From: Eledone cirrhosa
Taxonomy: Eukaryota
DNA length: 64,000 nt
Direction: 5' to 3'
Assembly: GCA_964016885.1 (NCBI GenBank)
Contig: OZ024740.1
Location: 147,808,001-147,872,000, forward strand
Below are positions 24,437 to 36,598 of this stretch, in pieces. The stretch's first letter is position 1. Every line of letters starts with the position of its first letter. The notes under the pieces are model-generated. The model searched no databases, was not told the origin of the DNA, and worked only from the letters and a program-made list of their open reading frames with translations. The translations under genes and the position numbers were made by a program.

Positions 24437-25232
24437 GACATTAAACTACAGCCAGTGGCAAGGCTCCAGTTCGGGAGTTCAGGAGATGTGGGGAATGTGG
24501 AGTTACCCCTTAGTTGTCATAACTCCCAGGTCTGCCCTGGCCCGGGGTGGTAGTACCTGTTAGGGCTCCATTTATGGGTTAAATAACTACCTTATTCGAG
24601 TGGCGACGGTAAGGTATTGTCAGCAATTGAAAAGAAATATGGAGAGTCGATCTAACAGCACTAGGGTTAGAGCCCCTAATTACACTGTCAAGGAGCAGCC
24701 TGGTCGTTATGACTCTGCTGGCTTAGATCCACAGAGAGGGCCAGTGGATGATGGATCAGCTGTCTCTGAGACAAATATAAAGAATGCAGTTTTGTCCTGC
24801 AGAAGAGCCATCACAATGGGCACTTTGAATGTGAGGACTATTCGGACGCTGGAGAAGAGAGAGGAGTTGGGACATCTGTTCGAGGAGAGTGGTATACAGA
24901 TACTTGCGATCCAAGAACACAGGATTCTACACGATGAGCCCGTGAGGAGTGTGATGATTGGGAAGAAGAGCCAGCTCATCACCATATCGGCAGTGAAGAA
25001 CACAACAAATGCTGCAGTAGGAGGAGTGGGTTTTGTGTTCAGTGCAAAAACCAATCTGTTGGCGAGGGAAATAATGCCTATCTCCCCGCAAGTGTTGAGG
25101 GTGACCTTCAATGGAAACCCAAGACTGACAGTCATCTCAGCCTATAGTCCAACCGAGGGAGACAGTGATGTGAATGCGGAAGAGTTCCATGAGGAGGTGT
25201 GTAGAGCTGTCAACACCACTCAGGCACACAAT
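24437..25232 (+). mobile_element. Inverted 5' segment of the same RTE LINE (5' UTR plus APE N-half)
   Basis: [27 protein letters not shown] ... QAHN; continues in protein sequence into ILLVLGDFNAH on the opposite strand at ~24430. Confidence 0.92.
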
Positions 25233-25505
<273 letters not shown>

Positions 25506-25970
25506 TATATCTAAATGTTTCTTCTCTCTTCATAATGTATTTTTAACTCTGATACTGGTTCAGTCTAGTTCAACTGAATTAGTCTGTCCCAGTCATTCAT
25601 TGAGCAACATCGGTGAAGTTGGCACCCTTAACTCACAGTTGCGTGCGGATGCATTCATGTATATATGTGTGTGTCCGCATGTATCTGTGTGTTTCTAAAT
25701 ATATTGTTAATAACTCCCTCTGGTCGAGCAATCTTTGAAGTGTGGGGACAGCTGGAAAGCTTCCATTACTCATACTTCTCGCCTTCTTCACCACCTCTTC
25801 TACGGCCTCGATATAAATACCCCCTCCGCCTCCGTGGTATTTTCTTCGGGGTTATAAGAGGCTTAGCTCTGTTTCTCGACCGTTATATCGCGTGACTATC
25901 TCCCCCTCCGCCTTTTGGGATTCTTTCTCACGTCGTGTAGACGCGTTCTTGAGACTAGTAAAATGAGGTA

Positions 25971-26060
25971 TCCTCTTGATAAGTCGGCAGACCTCGCAAG
26001 GACTCTATATCTTTATGATATATTGTTTTTGTTTATGCCACGAAACTACGTAGTCGAGGA
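25971..26060 (+). ncRNA. Type I hammerhead ribozyme, U3-A8 core variant (unit 1)
   Basis: TCCTC-TTGATAA-GTCGGCA...TGCCAC-GAAA-CTACGTAG-TC-GAGGA; predicted GUC cleavage after 26055. Confidence 0.78.
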
Positions 26061-26565
26061 ATTTAGGAGCAGTTTAGGTATGATACATTTTATTACTAAT
26101 TATATCTAAATGTTTCTTCTCTCTTCATAATGTATTTTTAACTCTGATACTGGTTCAGTCTAGTTCAACTGAATTGGTCTGTCCCAGTCATTCATTGAGC
26201 AACATCGGTGAAGTTGGCACCCTTAACTCACAGTTGGGTGCGGATGCATTCATGTATATATGTGTGTGTCCGCATGTATCTGTGTGTTTCTAAATATATT
26301 GTTAATAACTCCCTCTGGTCGAGCAATCTTTGAAGTGTGGGGACAGCTGGAAAGCTTCCATTACTCATACTTCTCGCCTTCTTCACCACCTCTTCTACGG
26401 CCTCGATATAAATACCCCCTCCGCCTCCGTGGTATTTTCTTCGGGGTTATAAGAGGCTTAGCTCTGTTTCTCGACCGTTATATCGCGTGACTATCTCCCC
26501 CTCCGCCTTTTGGGATTCTTTCTCACGTCGTGTAGACGCGTTCTTGAGACTAGTAAAATGAGGTA

Positions 26566-26655
26566 TCCTCTTGATAAGTCGGCAGACCTCGCAAGGACTC
26601 TATATCTTTATGATATATTGTTTTTGTTTATGCCACGAAACTACGTAGTCGAGGA
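26566..26655 (+). ncRNA. Type I hammerhead ribozyme, U3-A8 variant (unit 2)
   Basis: Identical to 25971-26060. Confidence 0.78.
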
Positions 26656-27160
26656 ATTTAGGAGCAGTTTAGGTATGATACATTTTATTACTAATTATAT
26701 CTAAATGTTTCTTCTCTCTTCATAATGTATTTTTAACTCTGATACTGGTTCAGTCTAGTTCAACTGAATTGGTCTGTCCCAGTCATTCATTGAGCAACAT
26801 CGGTGAAGTTGGCACCCTTAACTCACAGTTGGGTGCGGATGCATTCATGTATATATGTGTGTGTCCGCATGTATCTGTGTGTTTCTAAATATATTGTTAA
26901 TAACTCCCTCTGGTCGAGCAATCTTTGAAGTGTGGGGACAGCTGGAAAGCTTCCATTACTCATACTTCTCGCCTTCTTCACCACCTCTTCTACGGCCTCG
27001 ATATAAATACCCCCTCCGCCTCCGTGGTATTTTCTTCGGGGTTATAAGAGGCTTAGCTCTGTTTCTCGACCGTTATATCGCGTGACTATCTCCCCCTCCG
27101 CCTTTTGGGATTCTTTCTCACGTCGTGTAGACGCGTTCTTGAGACTAGTAAAATGAGGTA

Positions 27161-27250
27161 TCCTCTTGATAAGTCGGCAGACCTCGCAAGGACTCTATAT
27201 CTTTATGATATATTGTTTTTGTTTATGCCACGAAACTACGTAGTCGAGGA
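27161..27250 (+). ncRNA. Type I hammerhead ribozyme, U3-A8 variant (unit 3)
   Basis: Identical to 25971-26060. Confidence 0.78.
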
Positions 27251-27483
27251 ATTTAGGAGCAGTTTAGGTATGATACATTTTATTACTAATTATATCTAAA
27301 TGTTTCTTCTCTCTTCATAATGTATTTTTAACTCTGATACTGGTTCAGTCTAGTTCAACTGAATTGGTCTGTCCCAGTCATTCATTGAGCAACATCGGTG
27401 AAGTTGGCACCCTTAACTCACAGTTGGGTGCGGATGCATTCATGTATATATGTGTGTGTCCGCATGTATCTGTGTGTTTCTAA

Positions 27484-27611
<128 letters not shown>

Positions 27612-27645
27612 CAAACATATACATATATATATACTAATTTTACTG

Positions 27646-27821
27646 GGTTCCTGTTGATAAGCACAGAAGATTTGGATATTCCACTTTTTATTTCAATTCC
27701 ATTTCGATTCTCTTTATTTTTCAATTCACGTACCACCGTTGCGAAACGTATTTGGGTTTCGAGGTTCAAATTCATCTACGGAGCAGGTTTGGATTTTGAA
27801 ATTTAAATATGTCCAGGAACC
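27646..27821 (+). ncRNA. Large type I hammerhead ribozyme, U3-A8 variant with 26-bp stem III
   Basis: GGTTCCTG-TTGATAA-GCA...TGC-GAAA-[27747-27772 pairs with 27786-27811]-TC-CAGGAACC; 8-bp stem I. Confidence 0.8.
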
Positions 27822-28047
27822 ATGGCCATTGCCAATATAAGCTTGTCTTTATTGACTTATATCGAGACAGACAAATTGTATTCACTTTAATTAGTTTATT
27901 TCATTAATGGCTAACTTTGTCTGTTGCAATGCAAACACGTTTTGTGTTTATCATATATTTTAATGTATTTAACTGCTCGGAAATGCCCCTTTTCTTGGAG
28001 CTGGATTATTGTAAACGACTGAGAGTTTATTCTCAAAATATAATATA

Positions 28048-28139
<92 letters not shown>

Positions 28140-28140
<1 letters not shown>

Positions 28141-28350
28141 GACACACACATACACACAATTATATATATATATATAAGGGTGAAAGCAGCGATTCTTTGC
28201 TTAAACTTTAATCTGTTATTTTAACAAATATGTACATATATATATATATATATACATATTTGTTAAAATAACAGAATAAAGTTTAAGCAAAGAATCGCTG
28301 CTTTCACCCTTATATATATATATATATATAATTGTGTGTGTGTGTGTCTC
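28140..28350. repeat. Near-perfect ~210-bp palindrome centred on (TA)n
   Basis: AAGGGTGAAAGCAGCGATTCTTTGCTTAAACTTTA... versus ...TAAAGTTTAAGCAAAGAATCGCTGCTTTCACCCTT. Confidence 0.92.
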
Positions 28351-28364
28351 TATATATATATATA

Positions 28365-28858
28365 TTGGTAAAAGGAAAAGAAAATGCTGACAAATTGTTC
28401 CCAGTGAAAAATAGTTTAATTAGGAATAAGTAAAAATTAGTAATAGTATTGGTTAGTATTCAGTTTTGGTTTTAAGTTTTACCGGTTGCGCATTTCTAAA
28501 GCTTTTCAAAAATAATTTTGAGATAGAGCGCCCGTGATGTTTGCTCTAATCTGATTAGTTTTGGAAATTCTACCTGTTTTATGTAAAAAAAAGTGGCTCC
28601 AGATTTATGAAAAAATTCTTGTGGTCAAAACAATTTTGATTGGTCGGTAGAGGTCATGTGAATCTTAAAAATTGATTTTGCGCCAAATGTAGGTTTGTCT
28701 CGGCTGATTGAGAAGTCACTGAAAAATAAGTCTTTCAAGACAAATATGTGTGTGTGTGTGTGTAGTAGTAGTAAAGAGGTTCGTTGTTGTGATAATGGTC
28801 AGCAGGGATGTGTGTGCGCGAACCGCAGCCTACTGACAGTTCAAATGCCTATTAAGAG

Positions 28859-28938
<80 letters not shown>

Positions 28939-29248
28939 AGCAGAGTAATTCGTGGTAGAGGGATCGGTCAATAGGAATGTGTCTGTACGTGTGTGGGGGA
29001 TATTTTAACATGTTAAAAGATATTTTTCAGCTCTTGTCTTATACGGAGAAGTGTGTGTGTGTGTGTGTATATGTCTCTTTGTATGTTAATGTACGCGTGT
29101 GTGTGTGTATATATGTGTGTGTGTGTGTGTGGGTGGACCAGTATTTTTGTGATACTGGTAAAAATGGTGTACATTATTCGATATTTTCAGTAAAAACGAT
29201 TCTCTGAATAGAACATCAAAAACCTTAATAATAAAAGGTGTGAAATGA
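28365..29248 (-). mobile_element. Third, more diverged copy of the 18678 module, abutting the Penelope 3' end; GCAA hammerhead-like motif at 28477-28512
   Basis: Collinear with 18678-19675; lacks the internal 125-bp duplication. Confidence 0.8.
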
Positions 29249-29249
29249 T

Positions 29250-32200
29250 ATATAGTATTGGCATAAGACCAAGGTGTGTGTGAGTGTCCAGATTGTACGT
29301 ACTGCAAGGGGAATCCATTAGGCCTTGCCGTATTGGAATACTTGTGTACAAATATGTATGTGCCCATCAGTGTGCAATGCATGTGTGCGTATATGTATGT
29401 GTGTGTGTCGGCACGTTTATATCTATAGACATCAAAAGGTATGCAAATTTGTGTATATTTGTGTTGCACCATAGAACATGTGTGTTTACATATGTCATTG
29501 TGTTTATATGTGGATAGAGATGTATGTAGGATGTATGCTGATGTGGGTATGTATGTTGATGTGTGTATGTTGTGGGTTGGTCTTAGGGAGAAGTGTTTAG
29601 ACGGGGTCCGTATTTGTTAATAAAGTGAGATTCCTTGCTGATGCGCTGGGTGTGGGTGGCATTATCTTTAAATTTGTAGAGGGGAAAGATTCTGAAGTTG
29701 GGATGATTTTGGGCGGCACAGGTATCAATGTGTTCACTCAGTGGTATTTTCCTGTATTCCCGTATTTTAATTTGGGATCTATGGACAGTCATGCGTTGGC
29801 AGAGGCTGTTTTTGGTCTGGCCTATGTATTGTTCTCGACAACCTGAGCAAGTTGATATTAGATTAGATTATATATTAGATTAGATTATATATTAGATTTT
29901 CTGATGCGCATGTGAAATTGTGTTTTACTATAAAACGTTGTCCTTCTTTGAAATAGAATTCCAAACCCTCTATTAGGTTGATGCATATGCCACAGTTGGG
30001 TCTATCGCATTTTTTTACTGTGGGTTTCGTTGTTGTGGTTGGCAGTACTTTGGCATGTGTTAGGATGTTTTTCATTGACTTAGATTGTCTTTTGCTCTTT
30101 ATGGTATCGTTTGTTCGTAGGATTTGGTTCATTCTATGGTCCTTTTTTAACACAGGGATGTTCTGGAGGATGGTGTCAAAGGCCTCGTTGTTGAGGGGGT
30201 TGTGTGTGGAGATGTATGGAAGAGCTTTTAGTTTCGGTTGATTTACTTTAGGGTGTCTAAGGTCCTGAGTACTGAGTTTTAGGGCACGTTGGATTCCATT
30301 GTCAATTAGTGATGCATGGTAGTCCCTGCCTATGAGTGTGTCCTTTAGTTCTTGTAGCCGTAAGTAACATGTGTTTTATTGGAGACTATAGTACAGATTC
30401 TCTAGGCTAAGTTGTAGGGAATATTAATTTTAACGTGTCTAAGCTGGCAAGAGTTGAAAGGAAGATATTGCTTGGAGTCTGTGGGCTTGTAGTATATGTC
30501 TGTTTCTATTTTTTTGTTATGAATCTTAATGAGGATGTCGAGGAAGGGGAGTTGTTGATGGCTGTATTCCATCGTGAAGTTAATATTCGTGTTGAGCCCA
30601 TTTATAAGGGTGTGAAATTCTTTAAGTTTCTCGATGTTTTCGTGCCAAAGGATGAAGCAGTCATCTAGATATCGCTTCCAGTTCCTTTCTATATGTAAGT
30701 GGAGAGTGTTTCCAAATTTGTTTAGTACTTTAGTGTAGAGGGTGATTTCCAGGTATCCCATGACTAGGTTGGCATAAGTGGGGGCTGTTTTCGTTCCTAT
30801 AGCGGTCCCAGATTTCTGCCTGTCGGGTTTGTTATTGAAAACGAAGTAATTGTTCTCCAAGATAAATTTGAGTCCCTCTATCACGAATTCTTTTTTGATG
30901 CGTTGTGGGAGTTCATTGTGTTAATTATCCAGCCAGAATTGGATAGCTTCTATTCCTAGGTTGTGGGGGATGTTGGAGTATAGGTTGACTACATCGAACG
31001 TCACTAGTAGGGTTTGTTCAGAAAGGGGCATATTAGGGAGGTGATTGAGCATATCTAGGTCGTCCCTTATATAGCTTTTGATGTGTTTGCGAAGGGTATC
31101 AATGAAGTTGCTAAGGCGGTGGGTTTCGCAAGCGGGGCCTGCTATTATAGGTCTTAATTTGAGATCATTGGGTGAGGGGACATTGATGACTATGTCTGTG
31201 GTTTCCTTGCATGCCTTACTTATTAATTCGCTTTTATGTACTTTAGGGATACCGTAGAAAAGGCTGGATTTACTTGTGAAGTCTGTGATGAAGCTGAATT
31301 CCTTGTTAGTGAGTCCTTCTTTGTATTGGTTGATCAGAGTTTTTAGGTTTCTCATAATTTTCTGTTGATTGTAGTGTTCAGCCTTTTCGTAGTATGTTTC
31401 GTTTTCCAAAGTGGGGAGCGCTAAGTTGATATAGAATTCTCTCTCCATTAGGACTACTGTACTCCCTTTATCAGCCTCTTTAATTGTAATGGTTCTGTCG
31501 GTTTTTAATCTATTTAATCCTTCCCATTCTTTCTTGTTGAGGTTTGGCTTGTGTTTTTGTCTGTGCAAATGTTGGTAAGGGAAGTTTGTGATGTGTTCAC
31601 AGAATTCGTCCAGGATTTTATTTCTACCTTTTGATGGGGTGTAATTGCTTCTATTTCTGGCTAATGATTCATCCTCATTGTACTGGTCGAATAGTTCTTC
31701 ACTGAGTCGTAACTTTCTACAGAAGTCTGTGATATCTTCCTTCATTTCATAGTAGTTAGGACGTAGTGAGGTCGGTGTAAATTTAAGACCTTTGGAGAGT
31801 AAGTTGATAAGGTTGGGTGTTGGTTCTGCACTAGTTAGATTGATAATTTTTATTACTCTCGGCTTCTCCTCCCTGTCTTGTGTTATTTTGTTTGCCTGTA
31901 TCTGTGTGCTGTGTCTAAAAAATGGTTGGGGTAGAGGGGTTGTCTGCTGATGTTAAGTGGTCTCCTGTGTTTGTTATATTCCTTGTTGTTGTAAAATGTG
32001 GTTCGGGTTCGTGGTTGTAGATTGAATGGGGTGTTCCTGTATTGCGAGTATGGATGTGTGTTTCTATGTGCCATGTTGTATTGTGGTGTTATAAGTGGCC
32101 TACGTTGTTGGTTGTATCGTGTGGTGTGGGTTTGTTGTGTATTGTGGAAGCGAGAGTTGAGAAAATGGAAATTACCTTGCTGTCCCCTTGAAGCGGGGAA

Positions 32201-32552
32201 GTTGTTAATCTATCATGGTGGTGGTATCTTTTCCCTATGTTTGACGATGAGGCATCCGAGTAGTAGTTGAGTGATTTCGTATGGTGTCTCCTTGAAGGGG
32301 GAAAGTTGTAAATGTCATTCTGGGGGAGATGATTTCTAGGGTTTTTGTTCCTTCTTATGATAGCGAGGTTGGGAAGTTCATCTTCGGTGTGGTGCTTCCT
32401 TCTTCTTTTGTTAGTGGCTGGAGGGTTTGCGAAGTTGTTGTGCGGTTCCGTTATGGGTTTTCCTATTTTTATGAACGGGTTATTGGAGGTGTAATCCGTT
32501 TGAAAAGTCGATTCATAGTGTAGGAACCAAGCGGCACTTTTTTCCCAGCGTT
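29250..32552 (-). mobile_element. Penelope-like retroelement (Neptune/Naiad-type), near full length, disrupted ORF
   Basis: LSKGLKFTPT, ITIKEADKGSTVV, FYGIPKVHK, LRPIIAGP, TFDVVNLYSNIPH, GTAIGTKTAPTYANL, WKRYLDDCF, LPFLDI, YYKPTD, CDRPNCGIC...FTCASENLIY...YIGQT (GIY-YIG). Confidence 0.95.
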
Positions 32553-32708
32553 ATATATATATATGTATATATTAGAAAGTGAGGTTTTTTTACAAAATGA
32601 AAAATAACCGGTGTCCTACACGAGTGAAAGTATAAGGAAAAAAGATGAAATCGAAAATGCAACTGGTTTTTCTGTGAGAAAATCCACAGACCCTCCATCT
32701 CAACTCTA

Positions 32709-32744
32709 CTTTTGAAAAGCAGAAGAACTGCGAAACCGGTAAAG
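32709..32744 (+). ncRNA. Minimal type I hammerhead ribozyme, U3-A8 variant, in a module with 36-bp inverted repeats (32631-32666 / 32784-32819)
   Basis: CTT-TTGAAAA-GCAG-AAGAA-CTGC-GAAA-CCGG-TA-AAG. Confidence 0.7.
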
Positions 32745-32812
32745 GAACCAAATAAATATATATATTTTTTTTAAAATAAGACTCCAGTTGCATTTTCGAT
32801 TTCATCTTTTTT

Positions 32813-32873
<61 letters not shown>

Positions 32874-32966
32874 TACATACAGTGTGCATAAGCTTTTTCA
32901 GGACACCTCTTCCTTCAGCTCTACATTTCTTAATACTAATATGGTTTCATCATTTTTTCAAATAAA

Positions 32967-33155
32967 TAATTGTTTCTACTTTTGGTACAAGGCCAGCAAT
33001 TATTCCAGTGTATTACTGGTACTTTATTTTATCGACCCCGTAAGGATGAAAGGCAAAGTTAACCTCGGCGGATTTGAACTCAGGCCGTAAAGGGCCGTAA
33101 CTCTATACTACAAAGCATGGCGTCCGACCCTCTACCGATACTGCCAATCCACCGC
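32967..33155 (-). mobile_element. tRNA-derived SINE (Nin/Deu-core-like), near full length
   Basis: Same consensus as 11671-11853. Confidence 0.9.
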
Positions 33156-33289
33156 CAGGCATTAATAGCACAACGAAAAAACACGCTGTAATCGTTACCC
33201 TAAAAGCACAGCATAGTACAGCGATAGCTTGCTTCTTGAAAATTGCCCAATCCTTCGCCGTCAAAGTTAAGCTGCTGGTGGGGATCCAA

Positions 33290-34030
33290 TGCACGCACAA
33301 GGTCCTAATACAATCAGATTGCCTAAGTTTGTAAAAAAAAAGTTAAAAATTAATCGATAAAACCCCAGGAAAGTCAATCAGAGCCATCGCAAAGGACCTT
33401 AAAGTTTCAGAATGCATTATCAGAAGAGTTGTCCATGAAGACATCCAAAACAAGTCGTATGTGATGCAGAGCTGTTAGATTATGTCAGATGTTCGAGCAT
33501 GCCAATGCTACAGATCCCGATTTGAAACAGTCATTAAAGCTAATGAATAAGATAAAATATCAAGAAGCTTGCAAGCTTTGGTTCTTTTCTTATAAGAAAC
33601 ACTTTGATCGGGACCACAAGGTAAAGCGAAGGAACGATAGATGGCTATGCAGAGACCTACATGAGATTCCAATGGTCATAGATACCAAACTTCCAACAAC
33701 TGTGATGGTTCTGGGTGTCGTCAGCAACGAGGGAGATGTCATGCCTCCTCATTTTAGTCTTAGGGCTTAAGAGTCAACACTGCTGTCTACAAAGAGGTGT
33801 TGAAGACAATTTTGAAGCACTGGATAGAGAGGGTAAGCAACGGAAAACCGTTTTTCTGCGAACAAGATTCCGCGCCTTCTCAGGATTACACAAGCATGGA
33901 TGCAGGACAATTTCCATGACCATGGTCTTCTCGACATATGGCTTTCTAGTTCACCAGACCCTAACCTCCTGGACTATTACGTATGGAGCGTAGTTGAAAG
34001 AGAGGCCAATCATCACCCTCACAACAAATT
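33290..34030 (+). pseudogene. Degenerate Tc1/mariner (DD37D/maT-like) transposase
   Basis: IDKNPRKSIRAIAKDLKVSECIIRRVVHEDI (HTH), NDRWL, VMVLGVVSNEGD, WLSSSPDPNLLDYYVWSVVE; a ~50-bp segment is duplicated at 33497 and 34034. Confidence 0.85.
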
Positions 34031-34116
34031 CGGGCATGCTAATGCTACAGACCCCGATTTTAAACAGTCATTAAAGCTAATGAACGATTCATTGATTAGA
34101 TATCATAAATCATAAT

Positions 34117-35207
34117 CTATAAAGCTCAGTGTGTGGTCATGCTCCTTTCTTATAGAAATCTACGATATAGAATTTCTTAAATTGAAATTTACAATTCAGT
34201 ATTCGAAATAGTTTCGATTGCGTCTTGGCACATCTCATTTTTTTCAATTTCACCCACAATTACGCAAAAAATAGATAAAACTCAATATTTTACGATTTTT
34301 CTCTGTCATTTAAACTGCTAAACTCTTTCCACTACCATTCAAAATCTATACAACTTCATACTTTCTGCTACTTTCTCTTTCCAAGCTTGATGGGGATACT
34401 GTCCGTTTTACTCTCTCATATCATCTGCTTACCTCTATCTACAACCCACACATTTTGTTACTTTCTCTTTTATATTTCAAATTATTACATTTCATACGAA
34501 AGGACAATTATTCAAAATCAACAGATACATTTATTCAACAACAAACGATAAATCTTTTTTAAAACCTCTTTTCCAAACGCATACAAACGCACACTCACTT
34601 CAACAACAACAACAATCTGCCTTTTATAGATAATGATAAACAATAATATCCTCTATGAGGTCACTAAACCTGCTAGAAACAGCAGCTAACTCTCCCCCAT
34701 ACCACACCCCTCCCTACTGTCTTAAATTTAGAAAACATATCTTCTATGAGGTCACTAAACCTGCTAGAAACAGCAGCTAACTCTCCCCCATAACACACCA
34801 CTCCCTACTGTCTTAAATTTAGAAAACACATATCCTCTATGAGGTCACTAAACCTGCTAGAAACAACAGCTAACTCTCCCTCATATCACAACCCTCCCTA
34901 CTGTCTTAAATTTAGAAAACACACAGACAACCATGCAGAACAACTCCGTTGCAGCTCTGTTGTTCGGCTGGCATCGTCTACGCGCGTGTTGCGCAAGTAC
35001 TGTGAAACAATAAATTTCAACACTTTTTTGCACAGAGATAATATCCATAGGCGAAACTACAATTGTCACTGCTGGCGCAGCTCCTGCTTCCAGGTCTGCA
35101 ATTCATTCACCCAGTGCCTGCAGACAAAAAAGTGCTGCCATAAAATGGGTGGTGCAACCTAACTTTGGTAACTTAATGACCCGAGCAACGCCGGGCTTTA
35201 ATGCTAG
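34117..35207 (+). mobile_element. Non-autonomous Helitron (5' end uncertain)
   Basis: 3' end CCCGAGCAACGCCGGG hairpin + CTAG then T at 35204-35208; candidate start TCTATAAAG. Confidence 0.6.
34646..34925 (+). repeat. Three tandem ~90-95-bp units
   Basis: CTATGAGGTCACTAAACCTGCTAGAAACAGCAGCTAACTCTCCC...CTCCCTACTGTCTTAAATTTAGAAAAC x3. Confidence 0.9.
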
Positions 35208-35781
35208 TGTATTATAAATAATATTTGCACCAATTTGTATCTAAGTATAGCATTTCTTTCATGCGTTATGCATCTTTTACTAAACTCATGCAAATGGCCT
35301 AAAAAATTGAAGCACTCTCTCTCTCTATATATATATATATAATCAGTTACAACAGTGACACATGCAAGTACTTAAGATTCGTTGGGTTGTTTATCCCAAC
35401 TCATTCGGCCTGCCATAATAAAAATGCCTTTCTGAGAACAATGGCCTTCATCAAAATTCGTGCAAAGCGTCATACATTAGGGCAAAGAACTATTCTGAAG
35501 AGAATATTTTTAATAGAACTTTATAAATTTGTTCTGTTACTCACAGATTTAGTTTCAGCCTTCCTTTGCTTTCTTCAAACTGAAGACATAGTTTTTAATT
35601 CCTCCCTCCCGTATAATGTGCCGATGATTAGTGGCATATGTTGTATTTTACCTCGCAATAAGCTTTAAAAAACATGTGAGCCCTATATTGAACTGAACAT
35701 CTTTGTGAATATCAAATAACAGAGGTTATGGAAACATTCTATATATCTTGGAAGTACTTTGTTGAGAGATAAACCTCTAAA

Positions 35782-35832
<51 letters not shown>

Positions 35833-36393
35833 TGGCGGACTGGCCAGGTTTCCAGGTTGCCCAATGGGAAGTGGGCCCCAGGGCGCCCACGGTAGCACTG
35901 CAAGAGCCCACAGTGGCATTGCAGGACTCACTGTAGTATTTTAGGGGCCAATGCTTTGCTTTAAAAATATACCTGAAATCTAAGAGTAAGAATAAATAAA
36001 AAAAATAAATAAATAAAACAATTAAGCAAAGCATTTGGTCAACCAACTCCCCAGAGAATTACTAGAAACCAAAATATACATTAGTGCAAATAGCTGGAAT
36101 CGGTGATTGTACATTCTACTAAATCTAAAGCTTAGTGTATTCATTCATGCATGCAAACATACATATACAGACAGAGAGAGGGGGTGGAGAAATGAGGTGC
36201 AACAGAAATGAAACATGGATTACAGGTTAAAATATAGTCTAGATAGATGTGAAGCAAAACGAGCACGTAGTTTATGGAACACCCAAATAGGAACAATAAC
36301 ATTAAGAAAGACATGAACCACACCACAACACTTTGTTTTAAAAATTTTGAAAGTAGGTTTATATGTATGAATTTTCATAGGATTTTCGTAATT

Positions 36394-36466
36394 GTCTCTG
36401 TGGCCTAGCGGTAGGTACTAGAGACGGTGGAGATCCTGGCCTTGGGTTCAATCCTGGTCAAGAGGT
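36394..36466 (+). other. tRNA-like Pol III unit (not a functional tRNA)
   Basis: A-box TGGCCTAGCGG, B-box GGTTCAATCC, acceptor-like ends; no anticodon arm. Confidence 0.55.
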
Positions 36467-36525
36467 ACATGTAACGTTTTTATTTTACAATAATAGAAAA
36501 AACTGAAAAAGTTTATGGGAACCCT

Positions 36526-36598
36526 ACTCCCGAAGAGGATCGAACTTCAGACGAGGACCACCACCATCTATGATTCCTCCAACTAGGCCACCGAGAAA
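36526..36598 (-). other. tRNA-like Pol III unit, convergent with 36394-36466
   Basis: A-box TGGCCTAGTTGG, B-box AGTTCGATCC, TTCTCGG/TCGGGAG ends. Confidence 0.55.

Noticed and set aside
25665-27299. Repeated 76-aa and 64-aa ORFs in the 595-bp array
   Set aside because: Short, with no recognisable motif; they recur only because the DNA unit is repeated.
29250-32552. Selenoprotein-type (Naiad) recoding of the Penelope ORF
   Set aside because: The interruptions I checked are TAA/TAG stops and frameshifts rather than in-frame TGA at Cys positions, and I could not identify a SECIS.
36394-36598. Functional tRNA genes
   Set aside because: A/B boxes are present but there is no anticodon stem-loop; listed as tRNA-like units only.
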